This document shows, piece after piece, positions 29,005 to 35,933 of a stretch of DNA of 64,000 bases. Position 1 is the first letter of the stretch. Each line of letters starts with the position of its first letter. The DNA lies in the sequence record ON190024.1; one strand, written 5' to 3'. The notes below the pieces were generated by a model. That model was given only the letters and a program-made list of their open reading frames with translations, had not been told where the DNA came from and searched no databases. A program made the translations under genes and the position numbers.

Positions 29005-29535
29005 ATGCCAACTCCTACAACAGGTGCGATTTCAATCGGTACCGTTCGTGATTATTTCAGTAGAACCGGCGCTGCTTCATTGTCTCAGTACTACAGAGGC
29101 GGCGGTATTGTTCCTGATATTACTGAAAATGCTCACGTACCAACTTCAGGCGCGATTAGCTTGAATGACTTGCGCGGTGTATATCGCTTGTCAACGTATA
29201 CGACATCATTTACGACAACATACAACACCACTGTATCAACATCGAATACGACTTCGCGTAGTACATCAAGAAGTACAACTAGAAGTACTGCATACAGTAC
29301 AACTCGCTCGACTGCGTATACTACTAGTTGGACAACTAGCCGAACTACGTCGGTGGCGAAAGGATCGTATACGACCACATACGCAACTTCACGTGCTACA
29401 ACTCGTTCAACTGCGTATAACACGACACGTTCAACTGCTTATACGTCTACATGGACGACATCGTGGACAACGACGTACAACACAACAAGATCAACATCAA
29501 ACACAACTTCTCGAAGCACGCAAGTTGCAGTTTAA
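29005..29535 (+). CDS. Ser/Thr tetrad-repeat protein, putative virion fibre/adhesin
   Basis: AAGGA RBS; N-domain with two GAIS motifs; 26 X-[STNA]-T-[STA]-type tetrads. Confidence 0.8.
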   Translation: MPTPTTGAISIGTVRDYFSRTGAASLSQYYRGGGIVPDITENAHVPTSGAISLNDLRGVYRLSTYTTSFTTTYNTTVSTSNTTSRSTSRSTTRSTAYSTTRSTAYTTSWTTSRTTSVAKGSYTTTYATSRATTRSTAYNTTRSTAYTSTWTTSWTTTYNTTRSTSNTTSRSTQVAV

Positions 29536-29547
29536 CGAGGTTAAATT

Positions 29548-29766
29548 ATGAGCTACAATGAAGAACACGAGAATCGAATCAACGAGCTTGAGTCAAAGGT
29601 TGCAAGGCTTGAGTCGATAATTGAAAATCTGGTTGAGTCTATGACATCAAACAGCGAAGCTATTATCGAACACATTGCATCACTTGAGACCGAGAGAGAT
29701 TCGATTCTTGCATCATATGATGACAAACTTAATGAGATCGTGAACAAATATGAACCCAAGCAATAG
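29548..29766 (+). CDS. small acidic coiled-coil protein
   Basis: GAGG RBS, heptad pattern. Confidence 0.75.
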   Translation: MSYNEEHENRINELESKVARLESIIENLVESMTSNSEAIIEHIASLETERDSILASYDDKLNEIVNKYEPKQ

Positions 29767-30604
29767 AGAAATGACTGGGTTCAATAACATATCTCGCATT
29801 GGTAAGTTGAAATTACAATCCGATGCAGACAACGTCCGTGCCATGTGTATGGACGTTGTTCGTTTATTGAACTCCAAAAATATACCATCCAACTTCGACA
29901 TCAATCACAATGACGGTGGTAACATCGGCGTGCATGAGTGGGTGTCACAAATCCGCTTCATTCACTTGAAATACATGAACGTTAATTTTCAAACGAAGAT
30001 TTTCAAGCATGCCTATCACAACACTGAAAACGTCGTTGACTATTTTGACACGTTCAAACATTCTGATAAATATCATCTTTCGGCGAAGCCTCGATTCCTA
30101 GAATATGAAAACGTCGTATTTCTATGTGGATCGAATGTGCTTGAATTGGCAATTGACTTTGACAAGATTGATGCGTTAGTCGAACAATATCCTGATTTGG
30201 TGATTAAACCTCACCCGATTACGACGTTGTATTACATCAATATGCTTAAATCTAGATATGGTTCAAAGCGAATTCTATCCCAAAAGATCAGTGGTGTTGA
30301 TGTGCTTAAAGCTGCTAAACGTGTTTGGTTGCCTTCAACGTCTGAGTTCTGGTTTAGTGCCTTGAACTACGACAAAGAAATCGGGTTTATCTCTAAAGAT
30401 GGTTTCTGTGGAACGTACACGTCAATCATCAACGCAGTATGGGAATTGCATGAAGAAACCGGTGATCCATTGAAAGATATTGTGAATAAAATTATCTCGT
30501 CACCTTACTCAGGTCTGTATGGTAGTATGGCAGACTTTGAAGAGCATCACGAGAAATACTGTAATGTGATTCTAGAACTAGGGGGTAATTTCGATAATGT
30601 ATGA
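29750..30604 (+). CDS. GT-B glycosyltransferase-like protein (capsule biosynthesis KpsC/KpsS-like)
   Basis: LVIKPHP, then VWLPSTSEFWFSALNYDK resembling the S..G.EAL motif region; alternative start 29771. Confidence 0.6.
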   Translation: MNPSNREMTGFNNISRIGKLKLQSDADNVRAMCMDVVRLLNSKNIPSNFDINHNDGGNIGVHEWVSQIRFIHLKYMNVNFQTKIFKHAYHNTENVVDYFDTFKHSDKYHLSAKPRFLEYENVVFLCGSNVLELAIDFDKIDALVEQYPDLVIKPHPITTLYYINMLKSRYGSKRILSQKISGVDVLKAAKRVWLPSTSEFWFSALNYDKEIGFISKDGFCGTYTSIINAVWELHEETGDPLKDIVNKIISSPYSGLYGSMADFEEHHEKYCNVILELGGNFDNV

Positions 30605-31229
30605 TTATGTAATTCACACTTCGATTAGTGACAAAAGTCAGCTAAACCAACTAGTGATGTTTGTCGGGTCTTTCATCGAGACGCACAAAAAAGGTCGCGT
30701 GGTCTGCGTGACTGATCTTGAACTTGATTTCACGATGCCTCGACTGTCATTTGAGAAAAAACTACCCGAAGAGTACGTTTTCATTTCAGTTGACAATCTA
30801 TTTTTACAAAAAACATACGGCGTTGTTAGCTACATTGACAGTGGTACTTGGCGATGTACTTGGCAAAAGAATGATCATGATGATTTCGTCATTAAAAAGC
30901 ATGGCGAAAGAAGCGGGTTGATTCACCCTGATATTGCAATTGCAAATTACAATGTTTCGAGACATGGCGATCTCGACATGTATTACAACGCGCTTCGTTA
31001 CATTGAGAGCGCAATCACGATCAACTGCAAAGACTTTGCCCCTGCTGCTGAGAATAAAATCAACAGCTTTTACACGCTTGTATTTCCATGGGAGATTTAT
31101 TTTCACGTTATGATCACTTACCAAGAGTATATTGATTCTGAATACGTTGAGCGAGTTCGCGCTAACTGTCATAAGTTCGCACACTCGGTTTATTACAGAA
31201 AATCAGGGTTGTTACGTGATGGGTTATGA
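30597..31229 (+). CDS. hypothetical protein, possibly degenerate GT-A glycosyltransferase
   Basis: N-terminal beta-alpha-beta pattern ending VVCVTD, similar to GT8-type starts; weak. Confidence 0.4.
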   Translation: MYDYVIHTSISDKSQLNQLVMFVGSFIETHKKGRVVCVTDLELDFTMPRLSFEKKLPEEYVFISVDNLFLQKTYGVVSYIDSGTWRCTWQKNDHDDFVIKKHGERSGLIHPDIAIANYNVSRHGDLDMYYNALRYIESAITINCKDFAPAAENKINSFYTLVFPWEIYFHVMITYQEYIDSEYVERVRANCHKFAHSVYYRKSGLLRDGL

Positions 31230-31902
31230 TGAGATAATTTTAGTATCTGGTCTTGATAGTTTAGTTCTATATGAATTTCTTGAACGAAAGCCACACCCTG
31301 TTTACTTTAAATGGGGTTTTGCTATCGACGACATTGAAATGGCTGCTTTGCCTGAAGAAACAACTATCATAGAAATGCCAGAGATTTTGCATTTGAAACA
31401 TGATCCGTATGAGTTCAAGACACCAAGAAATCCCGATTTAATTGGTCGGAATACGTTGATGTTTAACTCAGTTTTCCATGCATTCAGACCAAACGTAATT
31501 TATCGCGGGATGTTGAAAGGTGATGATTTCTATTACGACGCATCGCCTACGCATTCAGATGAAATCGCAGCTATGTGGTCGAAAATGCTGAATAAAGAGT
31601 GTCGAATTGAACAACCGTTTAAAGACAAAACGAAACGTGACATAATGCAAATGGCGGTCGAATACGGTATTGATGCGAATTCATTACAGCATTGTTACAA
31701 TCGAGAACACAACTGCGGTCGATGTAGCAAGTGTGTGGATGCACATGTTAATTCTATGTACACCGACAACCCAGACATCATGTGGCTGAAACGAATAGTC
31801 AATGATTCGGGTATGTCATCAATGGCTAATCACATGTTTGGTGTTGATACAGTTGACAGAATAAAGGAATTTCTAGATGAATTTGATCGAACAGACTGCT
31901 GA
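31219..31902 (+). CDS. QueC-like PP-loop ATPase
   Basis: SGLDS, GRN, YYD, PFKDKTKRDI, CY...CGRCSKC Zn motif; 227 aa; PP-loop lacks one Gly. Confidence 0.75.
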   Translation: MGYDEIILVSGLDSLVLYEFLERKPHPVYFKWGFAIDDIEMAALPEETTIIEMPEILHLKHDPYEFKTPRNPDLIGRNTLMFNSVFHAFRPNVIYRGMLKGDDFYYDASPTHSDEIAAMWSKMLNKECRIEQPFKDKTKRDIMQMAVEYGIDANSLQHCYNREHNCGRCSKCVDAHVNSMYTDNPDIMWLKRIVNDSGMSSMANHMFGVDTVDRIKEFLDEFDRTDC

Positions 31903-32770
31903 TAAATTCGAGCATAGTTACCGAGAAGACGTTCAAGGCGTACAGTGGTATTTCGGTAGTCGAACGCATGATTTTTATCTGTATGGAATAGACTCTCTTA
32001 TTGATAAAGTCAAAGACTGTGATTTTATTGAAATCAAGCATGTTCAAGAGGGTACGCTGGTTAAACGAGGCGAAGCTGCGGTCACGGTTACGATTACAGA
32101 TCATAGTCGTATCGCATATGGGAACATGATTGAAACATTGTTGTACAATGAGTTGTGGTATTCGAGCACGGTCGGTACGATTTTACATCGTTGTCTTGAT
32201 GTGTTGCATGAAAACGGCTATGACGCTCGTTCAGCATACCCTCAAATCGGACGGGCGAGTTCAACGCCAGAACAGTCAGCTAAAGCAAGGGATGTGTTCG
32301 CACGTATATTTTATCAATCGTCGAATGAGAAAATACCCGTTGCGATGCACAGTGATATTTTAATCAACGGTGAGGAATATTGCATGGAACATTATAACGG
32401 CATTATGATTGATACTTTCGATAAGCAAGCTTGCATTGACTTGATCAACAAGAAAGACTTTCGAGGGACTGTGATGGTTGACTCTCAGCCAATAATTGAA
32501 ACAATTGAGAAAGTTCTAGCTGAAACAAAATGCTTTGTTGCACAAGCTGAAAGTGTTACACTCGATGAGTGGATAAAGATAGTGCGACATTTTAAAGGCA
32601 ATAAGCGAATTTTCTACGGGATTGGTAGCTTTGCATTTAGCAATATATCACGAGACACATTTGGTTTGATTTACAAAGTGTGTGCAGTTAAGAAAAACGA
32701 CAACTGGATCGGAGTTTCAAAGATGACGACAGGTAAACAAACATCGGCTGGTTATAAGGTTATAGGTTAG
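31877..32770 (+). CDS. compact NAMPT/NAPRT-like type II phosphoribosyltransferase
   Basis: aligns by eye to NAMPT at 35934 (EGT, ET....LWY..TV, IDTFD, DS, YGIG, RDT, KM...K...AG). Confidence 0.75.
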   Translation: MNLIEQTADKFEHSYREDVQGVQWYFGSRTHDFYLYGIDSLIDKVKDCDFIEIKHVQEGTLVKRGEAAVTVTITDHSRIAYGNMIETLLYNELWYSSTVGTILHRCLDVLHENGYDARSAYPQIGRASSTPEQSAKARDVFARIFYQSSNEKIPVAMHSDILINGEEYCMEHYNGIMIDTFDKQACIDLINKKDFRGTVMVDSQPIIETIEKVLAETKCFVAQAESVTLDEWIKIVRHFKGNKRIFYGIGSFAFSNISRDTFGLIYKVCAVKKNDNWIGVSKMTTGKQTSAGYKVIG

Positions 32771-32772
32771 TT

Positions 32773-33762
32773 ATGAATTATTGTATAGCGCCGTTTACAT
32801 CGCCGTCTATTACACCAGACGGTTTTAAAATTTGCAGCATGCCAGGTCAGAAAGTATACCCTGATATTTCATTCTGGAATAGTGATGAAGTGATCAAGAT
32901 TCGCGAACAGATTATCGCTGGTGAAATTCCTGAATCGTGCAAGGCATGTCGTAGTATGCGTGACGGGTTGATTGTGTCAAAAGAAAAACCAACTGATACT
33001 CATGTTGACTTGAATTTCAAAGCTCTTTACATTGCGCGGTCGAACAAGTGTGAATATGCTTGTGAAATGTGCAGTTCATCAATCTCACATAGCTATGACA
33101 AGAAATACAATGACGGTAAGTTGGGGATTATTGAGAATGACTTTGATGTTATTCCGTATCTGCACGAAACACAAGCCGTTGCTATTTCGGGCGGGAACCC
33201 TGTCATTGACAAAAAGGTTGCAGAGATTCTTGAGAATCTAGACCCTGACGTGGTAGAACGTTTCATTATTACTTCAAATGGGACAGTCTTTCCAGACAGA
33301 TTCTTGAATGCAATTAAGAGATTGAAATGTGACGCGACTTTGATATTCTCTATGGACGGACCGAAAGAGTTTAATGAAGTGGTTCGATCTGGTGCGAAGC
33401 AAGAGAGAATCTATCGCACCATTAATCGAGTTCTTGACGAGATTGAAGATTACCCAAACTTGCATGTGGCAATTGAGTATACTTTCACGAATAAGTCAAT
33501 TCATCACTACGTTGATTTGTATGATGAAATGCTCTTCGAGATCAACCCGAAGCATTTGAAAAACAACTCAGTTAAAGTGATTGCGAATATGTGTACATAC
33601 CCGCATCACCTTAGCGTTACAACTGTTCCCAAAACCGTCATTGATGACATATTGTTCAATCAGTTGCCATATTTGAGACAGCAACCCAGCCCATTGTCAA
33701 ATCAATTCAAACTTGGCTATGATAAGTTTTTGACTCAGTATCACAACAGCGTGATTATGTGA
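32773..33762 (+). CDS. radical SAM protein with N-terminal twitch domain
   Basis: C.APF...C...WNS...IRE...CKAC then CEYACEMC, GGNP, SMDG. Confidence 0.85.
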   Translation: MNYCIAPFTSPSITPDGFKICSMPGQKVYPDISFWNSDEVIKIREQIIAGEIPESCKACRSMRDGLIVSKEKPTDTHVDLNFKALYIARSNKCEYACEMCSSSISHSYDKKYNDGKLGIIENDFDVIPYLHETQAVAISGGNPVIDKKVAEILENLDPDVVERFIITSNGTVFPDRFLNAIKRLKCDATLIFSMDGPKEFNEVVRSGAKQERIYRTINRVLDEIEDYPNLHVAIEYTFTNKSIHHYVDLYDEMLFEINPKHLKNNSVKVIANMCTYPHHLSVTTVPKTVIDDILFNQLPYLRQQPSPLSNQFKLGYDKFLTQYHNSVIM

Positions 33763-34879
33763 TCAGATCATACGCTTTGATATGTGAGTAAAACTCTGGA
33801 CACGCAGACGATAAATTAGTTTTCGTCTTCGTGTCTATTCTTTTGTTAAGAACAAAGAATTCAGGGTTGAATTTACAAACACTGTGTTCCAGAGTAAGAC
33901 ATTCAGCAACGTGCTTAAATGGTCTAGCCAAATCCTCACGCCCATCTTTTAAATACGCTTCTTCTTTCACTTTGAATCTTGATAATAGCTGGTCTCGAAA
34001 TGCAACTGGAATGTTGTAAATTGAGTATGGATTATCAGGCTCACCGACGACATGCACAGACAAACGTACACGTTTACCATCATAAAGCGAATCAAAATCT
34101 GAAACCAATGTTTCAAGATGTTCAAGAGTCACGTTTGACACGGTCGCAGTGATAACTACATCAAAGTGTTGCTTGATGACTTCAATGTTTGATTTGACTT
34201 TTTTGATGTCTGCAAACAATCGAATATAATCTTGGTATTCTCGTAGACCGTCGATTGATACGAACACCGTTGATGCATTAGCTTCTTTAAGCGATTTGAT
34301 GAGATCTGAGCCATCGGCTAACACTAGTGATGAGCCATTCGTGAAAATATTCACTGCGGCTTTAATGTCGCCTACGTTGCGAAGAACTTCAGGAGCATTT
34401 GACGAGCGGGTAATTTCACCGCCTAGAATTGTCAATGACGAAAGTCCTTTGCTGATTGTGTTGATTGTCGTACTCAAATCATTGAATCGAGTACTTGAAT
34501 CTTCTTCATTGAACAATCTAGCTTTCAAGTCTGATAATTTGCTGTAGCAGTAACGACAAGCTTGGTTACATTCATTACTAGGGAATACTTGTAGCCAGCG
34601 AACTGAATCAGCGGGCATAATAGGTGAAACTTCAGAATCGTGTTCTGTTAGACGCTGTGGGTCATTATCAGTGATGCACATTTGACATGCCTTTGACAGC
34701 TTGCTCATGTCGTGGTTTAGCATTGCTTCACGATAAGCGACAAGCTTTTCATCATTCCAAGCGTCTGCTAGTGTTTTTTCATCAGTAAACCATTCATAAT
34801 CAGCCGAACAGCAAAACGTAATTTGATTGTTTGCTCGTGTGATGAACTGCTTGAACGGCATATAACATAGTGGTTTCAT
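33755..34879 (-). CDS. radical SAM protein with N-terminal twitch domain
   Basis: CYMPF...CC...WN...YRE...CQMC then CNQACRYC, GGE, SIDG. Confidence 0.85.
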   Translation of the reverse strand: MKPLCYMPFKQFITRANNQITFCCSADYEWFTDEKTLADAWNDEKLVAYREAMLNHDMSKLSKACQMCITDNDPQRLTEHDSEVSPIMPADSVRWLQVFPSNECNQACRYCYSKLSDLKARLFNEEDSSTRFNDLSTTINTISKGLSSLTILGGEITRSSNAPEVLRNVGDIKAAVNIFTNGSSLVLADGSDLIKSLKEANASTVFVSIDGLREYQDYIRLFADIKKVKSNIEVIKQHFDVVITATVSNVTLEHLETLVSDFDSLYDGKRVRLSVHVVGEPDNPYSIYNIPVAFRDQLLSRFKVKEEAYLKDGREDLARPFKHVAECLTLEHSVCKFNPEFFVLNKRIDTKTKTNLSSACPEFYSHIKAYDLIT

Positions 34880-34889
34880 GTTTCTGTCC

Positions 34890-35462
34890 TTAGTTAAAAA
34901 TGCTACTTGTATATATAGCAGTCTTCAGAGCATTGAAATGATCGTCAACTCTATTCACGTGTATGCATTCAATGTCAAATTTTTCTTGGATTTCTCGGAT
35001 GTTGTCTAGCGAGTCGTCGATGAAGTATTTCACCTCATGCAGTTCACACAGCTTCTCAACATATTTTGCCTTCGAGTCGAAGTACTCAATCGAAATCACC
35101 TCACTTATCATCCCTGGGAATAACGCATTTAGATTATGCACGCGATTTGACCATGAAGTTCTACTCATGCTGAACTTGGTTAGTGCAATGATGTTATACC
35201 GGTCTGAGAGTTCGCGTAACGCATCGTAAGCGTCTTCATATGCGGGTATGTACTTTGCACACTCATGTTCATTGTATGCACCTATAAGCTTGCCTAGCTG
35301 CATGTCACTCACGTTAATAAATAAAGAGCGTGCATCGGTATCAGTATTTGAACCGTTGATATTCAAATTATCAAGCATGCCTAATTGCATCATGAAGAAT
35401 GGCAAGTTGGCTTTCCAGTTAAGCAAAACCCCGTCTACATCTATGATGATCGTCTTTTTCAT
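34890..35462 (-). CDS. HAD-family phosphatase (5'(3')-nucleotidase-like)
   Basis: IIIDVDGVL, FIDDS. Confidence 0.85.
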   Translation of the reverse strand: MKKTIIIDVDGVLLNWKANLPFFMMQLGMLDNLNINGSNTDTDARSLFINVSDMQLGKLIGAYNEHECAKYIPAYEDAYDALRELSDRYNIIALTKFSMSRTSWSNRVHNLNALFPGMISEVISIEYFDSKAKYVEKLCELHEVKYFIDDSLDNIREIQEKFDIECIHVNRVDDHFNALKTAIYTSSIFN

Positions 35463-35492
35463 TACTACCTCGAAAAAAATTAAAATTTTTCG

Positions 35493-35531
35493 AAAAAAAG
35501 TATTGACACTTAGTTTCGTTCATGTAATACT
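35493..35531 (+). promoter_or_regulatory. early promoter
   Basis: A-tract, TTGACA 35503-35508, TAATACT -10-like. Confidence 0.7.
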
Positions 35532-35597
35532 TATCTCAACTTAACGAAACAAGTTAAACAAACAAGACAACATTTAATCAAAAAAAAGGAAATACAC

Positions 35598-35834
35598 ATG
35601 AAAAACTTCAAATCAATCGCAACTGCACTTCTTCTAACTATGACTTTCTCTGCTGGTGCTTTCGCACACGGCTCAGGCGGTACGCTAGGTGGTAACCTTG
35701 GCATCGAAATGTGCAAAATCGGAGCAATCAACTGCGGCTTCCCTAAACAAGAAGTTAAAGTTGAAAAAGAAGCACCAAAAGCTGAAAAGGCTGAGGTGAA
35801 AGAAGTTAAGCTGGCAACTGATCTGACAGCTTAA
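35598..35834 (+). CDS. small exported protein
   Basis: Sec signal peptide ending AFA, two Cys, Lys/Glu tail. Confidence 0.75.
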   Translation: MKNFKSIATALLLTMTFSAGAFAHGSGGTLGGNLGIEMCKIGAINCGFPKQEVKVEKEAPKAEKAEVKEVKLATDLTA

Positions 35835-35837
35835 TTG

Positions 35838-35868
35838 AAATGTGCAGATTCGTCTGCACATTTTGTTT
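35838..35868 (+). terminator. intrinsic terminator
   Basis: AAATGTGCAGA-ttcg-TCTGCACATTTT. Confidence 0.85.
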
Positions 35869-35933
35869 AATAACGACTCATCGAGACATATACTAAAGTC
35901 TCACACAATCAAGCATAAAATGGGAGCCATACA

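Noticed and set aside
29197-29523. Repeat protein as an ice-binding or ice-nucleation protein
   Set aside because: Thr periodicity is suggestive, but the Arg/aromatic ladder, two-arm symmetry and enzyme neighbours fit a fibre or substrate better; not excluded experimentally.
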